A DNA stretch of 24,873 nt from an uncultured Opitutaceae bacterium (GCA_937902865.1 CALFNJ010000695.1:1-24873), one strand, 5' to 3'; shown: positions 1 to 9,645, counted from the first letter of the stretch. Program-made: numbers and translations. Notes: a model not told the origin generated them from the sequence alone.

Positions 1-89
1 AGTGCCTCGGCGACGGTGCGGCAGATTTTTTCGCTTTCGAGCGAACACGGCCCGGCGATGAGGAGGAGTTTTTTCGGATCGAAGAGCAT
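1..89 (-). CDS. kdsA: 3-deoxy-8-phosphooctulonate (KDO8P) synthase, 5' fragment running off the window edge
   Basis: Not in the ORF track. Manual translation from ATG (cat at 87-89) gives [29 protein letters not shown]. IAGPCxxES is the KDO8P/DAHP synthase N-terminal motif, and the position directly after pyrG matches the common pyrG-kdsA order. Confidence 0.85.
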   Translation of the reverse strand, partial: MLFDPKKLLLIAGPCSLESEKICRTVAEA

Positions 90-99
90 AACTCGGAGC

Positions 100-1783
<1,684 letters not shown>

Positions 1784-1845
1784 TTAAACGGTCGCCCTCC
1801 TCACGCGCAAGAAAAAGCTCGGCGACCGCCTTTCAGTCGGTCGCG

Positions 1846-1873
1846 GAAGGAAGAAGTAAGAAGGAAGAATTAA
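1846..1873 (+). repeat. Heptamer tandem repeat (GAAKKAA)x4
   Basis: gaaggaa gaagtaa gaaggaa gaattaa. Confidence 0.8.
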
Positions 1874-1900
1874 GAAAATCGGACCCGGAAGCCGGATGGT

Positions 1901-1973
1901 TCGCACAGAGGCACAGAGCGCACAGAGGCCATCCGCCCTGTCCGATCTCTGTGAGCTCTGTGCCTCTGTGCGA
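1901..1973. repeat. Palindromic element, CACAGAG type
   Basis: 27-bp arms at 1901-1927 (tcgcacagaggcacagagcgcacagag) and 1947-1973, with 1 mismatch. Looser pairing extends to about 1887/1987, just past the stop of the 1989..2204 gene. Confidence 0.9.
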
Positions 1974-1988
1974 GACCTCCGGTTTCCG

Positions 1989-2204
1989 TCACCCGCCGAA
2001 CAACACCAGCACGGCAAACACCACCATCGCCGCGAGGCCGATGATCAGCGCCAGCCAGAGAGCCAGCTTGAGCAGCTCGATCAGCACCCACAGCACGACG
2101 ATCGCCACGGCCACTCCGACCAGCACCACGAGCCAGTCCGGCCAGCCGGCGAACAGGCCGTAGTCCGGCGCGGCGGCGTGCAAGGCGAGAAGCGGCAGCA
2201 GCAT
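1989..2204 (-). CDS. Small hydrophobic membrane protein (71 aa, about 2 TM helices)
   Basis: MLLPLLALHAAAPDYGLFAGWPDWLVVLVGVAVAIVVLWVLIELLKLALWLALIIGLAAMVVFAVLVLFGG. ATG at 2204 preferred over TTG at 2213. Confidence 0.7.
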   Translation of the reverse strand: MLLPLLALHAAAPDYGLFAGWPDWLVVLVGVAVAIVVLWVLIELLKLALWLALIIGLAAMVVFAVLVLFGG

Positions 2205-2287
2205 GTCCGTCAACCAAGCCGCGCCGCCGCGCCGCCTCCAAGCAAAATGATTTGCTCCGTCCCGCTGCCGGCTCCTCCTTCTCGGGC

Positions 2288-2671
2288 GTGCATTCCAAGC
2301 CTCAGCTGCTCTGCTGGCTCACCTGCGACGCGGTTCATCTCGATCCCGGCTCGGGCAAGCACACCATTCTCGGCGTCTTCTCCAACATCAAGGCGCAGAA
2401 GTTTCCGGTCATCCATCCCTTCATGGTGTGGTTCCTCACCATCACCGACTGCGCCGCTGGCCCGCACCAGCTCCGCATCTCGATGGGACTCGAACCGCAG
2501 AACATGCGTCCGCTGCTCGAGCGTCCGTTCGAGTCCCAAAGCCCCATCCACCGGCTCAATCTCGTGAACGAGATCCGGAATCTTTCCTTCCCCGCCCCCG
2601 GCGACTACTCCCTCCTGATCGAAATCGACGACGAGCCGCTGCTCGCCACCAACCTGACCGTGACGAGCTGA
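2288..2671 (+). CDS. DUF6941-like hypothetical protein (about 127 aa)
   Basis: CDAVHLDPGSGKHTILGVF and FPAPGDYSLLIEIDDEPL resemble the DUF6941 pattern CDxxxxDxxxGKxxIxGxF...FxxxGxY. GTG at 2288 chosen; the ORF track starts at 2252. Confidence 0.7.
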   Translation: MHSKPQLLCWLTCDAVHLDPGSGKHTILGVFSNIKAQKFPVIHPFMVWFLTITDCAAGPHQLRISMGLEPQNMRPLLERPFESQSPIHRLNLVNEIRNLSFPAPGDYSLLIEIDDEPLLATNLTVTS

Positions 2672-2738
2672 TCGCCTCCTCCTTTTCGCTCTTTCTTACC
2701 CTTCGCGCCTTTCAGCTCCCTTTCCTCCTCTTCCGCTT

Positions 2739-2773
2739 TTCATCCTTCCTCCTTCTTACTTCTTCCTTCCCTC
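2739..2773 (+). repeat. Pyrimidine-rich heptamer array, inverse of the 1846-1873 family, abutting the PfkB-kinase ATG
   Basis: ttcatcc ttcctcc ttcttac ttcttcc ttccctc, then ATG at 2774. Confidence 0.75.
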
Positions 2774-3802
2774 ATGCCTTCCGCCTCTTCGCCTTCCGCC
2801 TCCTTTGACCTCATCGGCGTCGGTTCTCCGATCATGGATCTCTTCGCCCGCGTGCCCGACGCTTTTCTGCGGAACGTGGCCGGCGACAAGGGCGGGATGG
2901 TGCTCGTCGATCACGACGAGATGCAGCGGATCATCGGCCTCCTCGACGGCGAGCCGGCTTACTCGACCGGCGGCTCCGCGGCCAACGCCACGTACAACGC
3001 CGCCCGCCTCGGCCTGCGTTCGACCTTCCTCGGCAAGCTCGGCCACGACGCGCTCGCCAAGATCTACCGCGATTCGTTCGTCGCCGCCGGCGTCGACGGC
3101 AGCCGCTTCAAGCAGCACGCCTCCCGCGCCAACGCCCGCTGCCTCGCGTTGGTCACGCCCGACGCGCAGCGCACGCTCCGCACCGATCTCGGCGCCGCCA
3201 TGACGCTCACGCCGGCGGAAGTCTCCGCCGCCGATTTCCAAGGCTGCCGCCACGCCCACATCGAGGGTTACCTCGTCTTCAACCGCGACCTCGCCGAGGC
3301 CGTGCTCACCGCCGCCCGTGCCGCCGGCTGCACCACCAGCCTCGATCTTTCCTCCTTCGAGGTCGTGAATGCGTCGCGCGACTGGCTCTTCCGCCAGTTC
3401 AAGCAGGGCATCGACATCGTCTTCGCCAACGAGGACGAGATCCGAGCGCTCTTCCCCGACGACAAGACGGCCAGTTATGAAGCCCTCGCCCGCCGCCTCG
3501 CCGGCCACGGCGTGCTCGCCGCCGTCAAGGTCGGCAAGGACGGCGCCTGGCTCGCGCACGGCCAGGAACTGCACCGCATCGCTCCCGTGCCGGTGGCGAA
3601 CGTCGTCGACACCAACGGCGCCGGCGACTCCTGGGCCGCCGGCTTCCTCTACGGTCACCTGAGCAACTGGCCCCTCCCCGCCTCCGGCGCCCTCGCCTCC
3701 CTCATCGGCTCCGAGACCGTGATGCACATGGGCCCGATCATCCCCGACACGCATTGGAAGGTGCTTCACCCAAAAGCGATGGCCCTCGGTCCGAAAAATT
3801 AA
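2774..3802 (+). CDS. PfkB/ribokinase-family carbohydrate kinase (adenosine-kinase-like)
   Basis: 342 aa. GGSAANAT N-terminal signature and VVDTNGAGDSWAAGFLYG PfkB signature 2. Confidence 0.92.
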   Translation: MPSASSPSASFDLIGVGSPIMDLFARVPDAFLRNVAGDKGGMVLVDHDEMQRIIGLLDGEPAYSTGGSAANATYNAARLGLRSTFLGKLGHDALAKIYRDSFVAAGVDGSRFKQHASRANARCLALVTPDAQRTLRTDLGAAMTLTPAEVSAADFQGCRHAHIEGYLVFNRDLAEAVLTAARAAGCTTSLDLSSFEVVNASRDWLFRQFKQGIDIVFANEDEIRALFPDDKTASYEALARRLAGHGVLAAVKVGKDGAWLAHGQELHRIAPVPVANVVDTNGAGDSWAAGFLYGHLSNWPLPASGALASLIGSETVMHMGPIIPDTHWKVLHPKAMALGPKN

Positions 3803-3816
3803 ATCGGACTCCGGAT

Positions 3817-3898
3817 TTCACCACAGAGACACAGAGGCACGGAGAGAAAAGAGGTAGCTGAAACGCCTTTCTCGGTGCCTCAGTGCCTCTGTGGTGAA
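3817..3898. repeat. Palindromic element, CACAGAG type, flanked by a CCGGAT direct repeat
   Basis: 28-bp arms at 3817-3844 and 3871-3898 with 3 mismatches. ccggat at 3811-3816 and 3899-3904. Confidence 0.9.
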
Positions 3899-3919
3899 CC
3901 GGATCGAAACCGATTTTCC

Positions 3920-3947
3920 CTTTGCGAACTTCGGCCCTTTGCGTGAA
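3920..3947 (-). repeat. Solo arm, CGCAAAG type
   Basis: Reverse complement reads ttca cgcaaag g gccgaag tt cgcaaag. Confidence 0.65.
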
Positions 3948-3959
3948 GGTAGCCGGCTA

Positions 3960-5234
3960 ATGTCCGACGATCTCCTCCAGCTGGTCACGTCCATTGCGCA
4001 GCGCGCCCGCGCGGCGTCGCTGGTGCTTTCGACCGCGCTGACGAGCGCCAAGGACGACGCGCTGCGCCAGCTGGCCAGCCTGATCGACACCTCCCACGCC
4101 GCGCTGCTCGCCGCCAACCAGAAGGATCTCGCCTCCCCGGAGGCCGCCGCCCTCACCGCCGCCGCGCGCGACCGCCTCACACTCACGCCCGCCCGGCTCA
4201 AGCAGCTGGCCGAGTCGGTCCGCGCCGTGATCGCGCTGCCTGATCCCGTGGGCAATGTCCTCGAGGAGATCACCCGTCCCAACGGCCTGCACATTCGCAA
4301 GCTGCGCGTGCCGATCGGCGTGATCGGAATCATTTACGAAGCCCGGCCCAACGTGACGATCGATTGCGCCGTGCTCTGCCTGAAGTCCGGCAACGCCTGC
4401 ATCCTCCGCGGCGGCAAGGAGTGCTTTCACACCAACACCGCCCTCGCGGCGCTGATCGCGCAGGCGCTCGCCCGCGCGCGCCTGCCCGCCGACGCCGTGC
4501 AGCTCATTCCCACGACTGACCGCGCCGCGCTCACCGCACTGCTCAAGCTCGACACGCTCATCCACTGCATCATCCCCCGCGGCGGCGAGGCCTTGATCCG
4601 CTTCGTGGCGGAAAACAGCACGATTCCTGTCATCAAGCACTACAAGGGCGTGTGCTTCGTCTACGTCGACGCCGCCGCGGATCTCGCGATGGCCGAGAAG
4701 ATCACGCTCAACGCCAAGGTCTCCCGCCCGAGCGCGTGCAACGCCGCCGAACAGCTGCTCGTGCACCAGGGGGTCGCCGCGAAATTCCTGCCCGCCATCG
4801 CCCGCGCGCTCCTTGCCCAGAAGGTCGAGCTGCGCTGCGACGCCGCCAGCGCGGCCATCCTCGCGCGCGAACAGCTGCCCACCACGGCGGCGACCACGGC
4901 CGATTACACCTCCGAATTCCTGGACTACGTCATCGCCATCCGGGTGGTCGAGTCGCTCGACGACTCGATCGCGACCATCAATCGCGACAGCTCCAATCAC
5001 AGCGACGCAATCGTGACCGCGGACAGCAAGGCGGCCCATCGCTTCCTCGCGGAAGTCGACAGCGCGACGGTCTATTGGAACGCGAGCACCCGCTTCACCG
5101 ACGGCTTCGAGTTCGGTTACGGCGCGGAGATCGGCATCAGCACCGACCGCCTCCATGCCCGCGGCCCGATGGGCCTGCGCGAACTCTGCACCCACAAGTT
5201 CGTGATCGAAGGCACCGGCCAGATCCGACCCTGA
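3960..5234 (+). CDS. proA: Gamma-glutamyl phosphate reductase (glutamate-5-semialdehyde dehydrogenase)
   Basis: VPIGVIGIIYEARPNVT, LRGGKE, catalytic ACNAAE, NASTRFTDGFEFGYGAEIGISTDRLHARGPMGL. ATG at 3960 (424 aa); the ORF-track extension to 3891 runs through repeat DNA. Confidence 0.97.
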   Translation: MSDDLLQLVTSIAQRARAASLVLSTALTSAKDDALRQLASLIDTSHAALLAANQKDLASPEAAALTAAARDRLTLTPARLKQLAESVRAVIALPDPVGNVLEEITRPNGLHIRKLRVPIGVIGIIYEARPNVTIDCAVLCLKSGNACILRGGKECFHTNTALAALIAQALARARLPADAVQLIPTTDRAALTALLKLDTLIHCIIPRGGEALIRFVAENSTIPVIKHYKGVCFVYVDAAADLAMAEKITLNAKVSRPSACNAAEQLLVHQGVAAKFLPAIARALLAQKVELRCDAASAAILAREQLPTTAATTADYTSEFLDYVIAIRVVESLDDSIATINRDSSNHSDAIVTADSKAAHRFLAEVDSATVYWNASTRFTDGFEFGYGAEIGISTDRLHARGPMGLRELCTHKFVIEGTGQIRP

Positions 5235-5240
5235 TCTTTC

Positions 5241-5434
5241 ATCTGGAACTCAGGAAATCAGGAACGGACCACCGGAGAGTGGCCCACGGAACACACGGAC
5301 GACACAGAAGTTCGATCCCGCGAATTGGCGAAGCTCCGATTTCTGCGTGGTCAGTGTATTTCGTGGGCAGCTTGGATTTTGGTGTTTCATGGCTCCTCTC
5401 CGTCGGTTCGTTCCTCCTTTCCTGAGTTCCACAT
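5241..5434. repeat. Nested palindromes: outer GGAACTCAGGAA type, inner CACGGAA type
   Basis: Outer arms 5241-5265 and 5410-5434 (25 bp, 3 mismatches). Inner arms 5282-5309 and 5341-5368 (28 bp, 5 mismatches). Confidence 0.85.
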
Positions 5435-5463
5435 TTACCGGTTCCCCATCCCGCAATGAAAAG

Positions 5464-5493
5464 TTGCGAGGAACCACCCGCCGCACCTAGTTT
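5464..5493 (+). promoter_or_regulatory. Possible sigma70-type promoter giving a leaderless or near-leaderless mRNA
   Basis: TTGCGA (5464-5469), 18-nt spacer, TAGTTT (5488-5493), ATG at 5502. Pattern match only. Confidence 0.3.
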
Positions 5494-5501
5494 CCAATAT
5501 T

Positions 5502-6173
5502 ATGATGACCTACCCTGCCGCACGTTTCGCTCTCGCTGGCGTCCTCCTCGCCGCCGTTGCGTCCGCGTCCGCCCAGGAGGCGTCGCCGGCCCAGCCGGCT
5601 CCTGCGCCCGCCGCTGCCAGCACGCCACTGGCTCCGCCCGCCTCAGCGACGGCCGCCACCACCGTCACCGGCGCGACCACGCCCAGTGTTTCCGCCCCGG
5701 CGGCGCCGAAGAAGCCGCGGCCGATGTCTGACGAAGTCGCCGCGATCATGTCCTCGGGCATGCCGAAATATAACCCGCCCAAGCCGCAGGAAAAGGCTCC
5801 CGAGCCGGTTGCGGAGGTGGATCCGAAGAACGACATTCCGCGCCTGCCGCAGTTCATCGTGCGCGGCAATCGCACCCCGGTGTTCAAGAATTTCCAGGAG
5901 CGGGACCTGCACGACGCCAAGGGCCTCAGCGACATCGAAATGAAGCGCAACCCGGGGCTGAATCTTCCCCTCATCGGTTTCCTCAACCGACCGATCGCGC
6001 TCCAGATGTACCGCGACAAGGAACGTCTCAACGACATCGACGAACTGCGCAAAGCCGCGTCCGACGCTGACGCCGCGGGCGACAGCGCCGGCGCCGACTA
6101 CATCCGCCGCACCGGCGCCGAAACCTTCGCCCGCCGCTCCTCCGGCGGCATGCTCGAAAATCAGTCGCCGTAA
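5502..6173 (+). CDS. Secreted hypothetical protein with a Pro/Ala/Thr-rich N-terminal linker
   Basis: 223 aa. Signal-peptide-like RFALAGVLLAAVASASA-QE, low-complexity tether, then a charged C-terminal region. GC3-rich codons. Confidence 0.75.
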   Translation: MMTYPAARFALAGVLLAAVASASAQEASPAQPAPAPAAASTPLAPPASATAATTVTGATTPSVSAPAAPKKPRPMSDEVAAIMSSGMPKYNPPKPQEKAPEPVAEVDPKNDIPRLPQFIVRGNRTPVFKNFQERDLHDAKGLSDIEMKRNPGLNLPLIGFLNRPIALQMYRDKERLNDIDELRKAASDADAAGDSAGADYIRRTGAETFARRSSGGMLENQSP

Positions 6174-6197
6174 GGCGCCCGAATTCGACCCGTCGCG

Positions 6198-6220
6198 CGC
6201 AGAGGCGCGGAGGCGCAGAG
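6198..6220 (+). repeat. Solo arm, CGCAGAG type
   Basis: cgcagag g cgcggag g cgcagag. Confidence 0.7.
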
Positions 6221-6241
6221 TTCCGCCTCAGGGTAGATTTT

Positions 6242-6327
6242 TTAAGCGCAAAGACGCGAAGACGCCAAGGTGGGAAACCCCTCTGACGAGATCGCCAATC
6301 TTTGCGTCTTCGCGTCTTTGCGCTTAA
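6242..6327. repeat. Palindromic element, CGCAAAG type, TTAA at both ends; possible bidirectional terminator between convergent genes
   Basis: Perfect 24-bp inverted repeat ttaagcgcaaagacgcgaagacgc (6242-6265 and 6304-6327). Confidence 0.92.
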
Positions 6328-6367
6328 TCCTCATGTCTCATGCTTGGTCGCCTGTGACTAGAACAGC

Positions 6368-6670
6368 TCACGCTTCCAGCAATTCCCTCGTGATCGCGGT
6401 CCACTCGGCCTCGAGCGTCACGCCCGCTTTCGGCATCGGCCGATCCGCGCGGGCATACCAATAACCGGCGTTGCCAAGATCGCCTTCCTTGCGGTGCAGG
6501 TAGGCATGCACCCAGGAGCCGTCACGGGATTTCTCCTCCTGGGCACACTGGTGCGCCGCATTCCAGTCGCCGCGCGCGTCATGCCACAGCGCCTGCAGCG
6601 GTCGGCTGAGGCCGGCGGGCGGCGTGGCGGCCGCGCCGCCGATCGTCGCCTGAAATTCATCAAATGACAT
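6368..6670 (-). CDS. Conserved small hypothetical protein (100 aa, HAYLHRKEGD motif)
   Basis: MSFDEFQATI...LWHDARGDWNAAHQCAQ...SWVHAYLHRKEGDLGNAGYWYARA. I recognise this motif set as a widespread uncharacterised family. It is the C-terminal part of the spurious 821-aa ORF. Confidence 0.85.
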   Translation of the reverse strand: MSFDEFQATIGGAAATPPAGLSRPLQALWHDARGDWNAAHQCAQEEKSRDGSWVHAYLHRKEGDLGNAGYWYARADRPMPKAGVTLEAEWTAITRELLEA

Positions 6671-6718
6671 TTGCCCAGCGTGGGTCGACACCCTGTAGTT
6701 GGCAACGCCACTCCCCGC

Positions 6719-7726
6719 ATGCCCGCCGCCTCGCTCCTCTCCTCGCCCGAGTTCATCATTTTGCGCGAGCTGCTCGAGCGTGAGCCGGAGTTCGTTTCGG
6801 GCAGCGCCCTGGCGGAAAAGCTCGGCGTCAGCCGCGTCGCGGTCTGGCAGCACATGGAAAAGCTGCGCGGCCAGGGCTTCGGCTTCGAGGGCGTCCGCAG
6901 CCGCGGCTACCGCATGGTCCGCCGGCCCGCGGTCCTCAACGCGGCGCTGATCTTCGCCCACCTCGGGCCGCGCGCGCGCTCCGTCCGGCTCGTCTGCCTC
7001 GACGAGGTCGACAGCACCAACGACGAAGCCGCCCGCCTGCTCGCCGCCGGGCGCACTGCGCCCTTCGTCGTGCTGGCCCGCCGCCAGTTCCACGGCCGCG
7101 GTCGCCTCGGCCGGGTCTGGCACAGCGCCGACAATGGCAATCTCTACGCCAGCTTCGCCTTCCGTCCCCGCCTCGAGCCCGGCCGGATGCAGACGTTCAC
7201 CCTCTGGATGGGCGTCAACATCTGCGAGCTCGTTGCCAACTTCTGCCGTGCCACTCCCGGGCTGAAGTGGCCGAACGACCTGCTCTTCGACGGACGCAAG
7301 GCCGGCGGCATGCTCACGGAGGCGCGCATCGACGCCGACCAGATCCGCGACCTCGTGTTCGGACTCGGCCTGAACGTCAACAGCCCCGCCGGCTCCTGGC
7401 CGGGCGAGCTCGCGCGCCGCGCCATCTCGCTGGCGGAGCACATCCAGGCACCGCTCGACCTGAACCGGTTCACCGCCGCCCTGATCGGGCGCGTGCTGCT
7501 CGCCTACGACCGCTTCATCGACGGCGACTACCGCGACAATTTCGCCGACCTCTGGCACCGCTACGATGTCCTTCGCGGCAAGCCGGTGGCTCTGCTCGAA
7601 GGCACCCGCCGGCACGCCGGCACTGCTTTGGGCATTGATGACGAGGGCGCCCTGCTCCTCCGCGACGATCGTGGCCGGTCCCATCGCTTCCGGGCCGGCG
7701 AGGTCACGTTGGAGAAAGGGAGTTGA
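6719..7726 (+). CDS. birA: Bifunctional biotin--[acetyl-CoA carboxylase] ligase / HTH repressor
   Basis: N-terminal wHTH (VSGSALAEKLGVSRVAVWQHMEKL...RGY), DSTN, GRGRLGRVW, KWPND, RKAGGML. ATG at 6719 (335 aa). Confidence 0.95.
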   Translation: MPAASLLSSPEFIILRELLEREPEFVSGSALAEKLGVSRVAVWQHMEKLRGQGFGFEGVRSRGYRMVRRPAVLNAALIFAHLGPRARSVRLVCLDEVDSTNDEAARLLAAGRTAPFVVLARRQFHGRGRLGRVWHSADNGNLYASFAFRPRLEPGRMQTFTLWMGVNICELVANFCRATPGLKWPNDLLFDGRKAGGMLTEARIDADQIRDLVFGLGLNVNSPAGSWPGELARRAISLAEHIQAPLDLNRFTAALIGRVLLAYDRFIDGDYRDNFADLWHRYDVLRGKPVALLEGTRRHAGTALGIDDEGALLLRDDRGRSHRFRAGEVTLEKGS

Positions 7727-7771
7727 GCCGGGGGGAACTCCTCTCTGAAAATCGCGGACATACCTGCACGC

Positions 7772-8764
7772 ATGCCCGACGCCGCTCCCGCCATCGAAGT
7801 CGAACACCTGGTGAAGACCTATGCCGGGGTGACCGCGGTGAACGACATCAGCTTTTCCGTGGCCCGGGGCGAAATCATCGGCTTCCTCGGCCCGAACGGC
7901 GCCGGCAAGAGCACGACGATGCGGATCCTCACCGGCTACCTGCCGGCCACCAGCGGACACGTGCGCATCTGCGGCATGTCCGTCACGACCCAACCCGATG
8001 AGGTGAAGCGCCGGGTCGGCTACATGCCGGAGAACAACCCGCTGCCGGAGGATATGCGGGTGAGCGAATACCTCTATTTCCGGGGACGCCTGAAGGAGAT
8101 CCCCCGCCGCAAGCTCGGCCCGCGCATCGACGAGGTGCTCGAGGTCTGCGACCTGAAGCGCGTCCGGCACAAGATCATCGGCAAGCTTTCCAAGGGTTAC
8201 CGGCAGCGCGTCGGCGTCGCCGAGGCGATCCTCGCCGAGCCGCCCGTCATCATCATGGACGAGCCGACGATCGGCCTCGATCCGCACCAGATTCTCATCG
8301 TGCGCGATCTCATCGCGAGCCTGCGGGGCCGGATGACGCTCATCATCTCCTCCCACATCCTGCCGGAAATCGAGATGACCTGCGACCGGGTGCTGATCAT
8401 CAACGGCGGCCGCGTGGTCGCGCAGGGCACGCCGGCGGCGCTCCGCCGTGAAATCCTCGGGCGGCTCACCTACGCCATCGAGGTCGCGGGCGACCCGGCC
8501 GCGCTGCCCGCGCTGCTTGCCGGGGTCGAGCCGAGCCTGCGCATCGACACCGCGGGCGAGCCCGACGCCGACGGCTTCCGTCGCATCACGCTCACCACCG
8601 AGCAGACCGCCGAATTGGGCGAACCGCTCCACCGCGCGCTCACCGCCGGCGGCGCCTTCCGCCTGCGCGCGCTGAGCCGGATGAATCCGACCCTCGAGGA
8701 TGTCTTCCTCGCCGCCACCCGCCGCAGCTGGGATGTCCGGTCCGAGGACCTGAGAAAATCCTGA
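7772..8764 (+). CDS. ABC transporter ATP-binding protein (GldA-like)
   Basis: Walker A GPNGAGKS, signature LSKGYRQR, Walker B IIMDEP, H-loop SSH, C-terminal TLEDVFL. Confidence 0.95.
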   Translation: MPDAAPAIEVEHLVKTYAGVTAVNDISFSVARGEIIGFLGPNGAGKSTTMRILTGYLPATSGHVRICGMSVTTQPDEVKRRVGYMPENNPLPEDMRVSEYLYFRGRLKEIPRRKLGPRIDEVLEVCDLKRVRHKIIGKLSKGYRQRVGVAEAILAEPPVIIMDEPTIGLDPHQILIVRDLIASLRGRMTLIISSHILPEIEMTCDRVLIINGGRVVAQGTPAALRREILGRLTYAIEVAGDPAALPALLAGVEPSLRIDTAGEPDADGFRRITLTTEQTAELGEPLHRALTAGGAFRLRALSRMNPTLEDVFLAATRRSWDVRSEDLRKS

Positions 8765-8771
8765 GACGAAG

Positions 8772-9533
8772 ATGAAGCACCTGCCCACCATCCTCGGCCA
8801 CGAGATCCGCATGTTGCTGGTCAGTCCCAGCACCTACATCGCCGCCGCTTTTTTTCTCGGCGTCATGGGCACGATCTTCACCGGCATCCTCGAGAATTAC
8901 AGCAAGGCCGCCCAGGAGGCGTCGCCCGCCCAGGTGTTCTTCCAGCTCTTCTGGATTCCGGTGCTCTTCATCGTGCCGCTGCTCACCATGAAGTCCCTCG
9001 CCGAGGAACGCCGGCTGGGCACGATCGAGACGCTGCTCACGACGTCCGTGTCCACCACCGAGGTCGTGCTCGGGAAGTACGGCGCCACCTACTTCCTCTA
9101 TCTCCTGCTCTGGGGCTCGACCGGCGGGTTCTTCTACATCCTGCACCGTTTCGCGAGTGACGCCCGCTTCCTCGATCCCGGTCCGCTCATCGGCGGCTAC
9201 CTTTTTATCGCGCTCTCCGGCCTGCTCTTCGTCGCCCTCGGCATCTTCGCGAGCTCGCTCTCCCGCAGCCAGTCCGTCGCCGGGATCATCTGCTTCGCCG
9301 CGCTCCTCGGCCTGATCATCGGCGTGCCCGGACTGCTCCAGCTGCCCGCGCTCAACGCCGAGACTTTCCGGCCCGTTCGCTCGGCCATCGAATACGCGCA
9401 GGTCATCGAGCATCTCGGCGACTTCACGCGCGGGGTCGTCGATACGCGCGAGGTGCTCTTCTACCTCAGCGGCACGGTGCTGACCCTGATCTTCACCATC
9501 CTCAGCCTCGAGGCCAAGCAGCTCCACTCATGA
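8772..9533 (+). CDS. ABC-2 type permease (GldF-like)
   Basis: 253 aa, about 6 TM helices. PLLTMKSLAEERRLGTIETLLT...EVVLGKY; C-terminal HLGDFTRGVVDTREVLFY. Confidence 0.92.
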   Translation: MKHLPTILGHEIRMLLVSPSTYIAAAFFLGVMGTIFTGILENYSKAAQEASPAQVFFQLFWIPVLFIVPLLTMKSLAEERRLGTIETLLTTSVSTTEVVLGKYGATYFLYLLLWGSTGGFFYILHRFASDARFLDPGPLIGGYLFIALSGLLFVALGIFASSLSRSQSVAGIICFAALLGLIIGVPGLLQLPALNAETFRPVRSAIEYAQVIEHLGDFTRGVVDTREVLFYLSGTVLTLIFTILSLEAKQLHS

Positions 9534-9554
9534 GCATTCCTTCCTTCTTCAAAG

Positions 9555-9645
9555 GTGGAACGCGTTGTCCCCCACGCGTTGAAACGTCCGTGCACGACTC
9601 GATGCCGACGGAGCGAAACAACGCGTTAGGGAAAACGCGTTCCAT
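9555..9645. repeat. REP-doublet (REPIN-like) element
   Basis: GTGG-AACGCGTTGTCCCCCACGCGTTG (9555-9581) and an inverted copy ATGG-AACGCGTTTTCCCTAACGCGTTG (9619-9645). Each unit is itself a hairpin. Confidence 0.8.

Noticed and set aside
2691-2715. Possible decayed CGCAAAG-type solo arm (ctttcttacccttcgcgcctttcag)
   Set aside because: Only the central acccttcgcg and the cttt starts match; indistinguishable from the surrounding pyrimidine-rich sequence.
6671-6718. BirA operator upstream of birA
   Set aside because: Only short dyads (ttgcc/ggcaa, gggt/accc); no match to the TGTnAAC-N14-16-GTTnACA pattern.
6368-8833. 821-aa minus-strand ORF
   Set aside because: Most of it is the antisense shadow of birA and the ABC ATPase; only the last 100 aa (6368..6670) look like a real protein.
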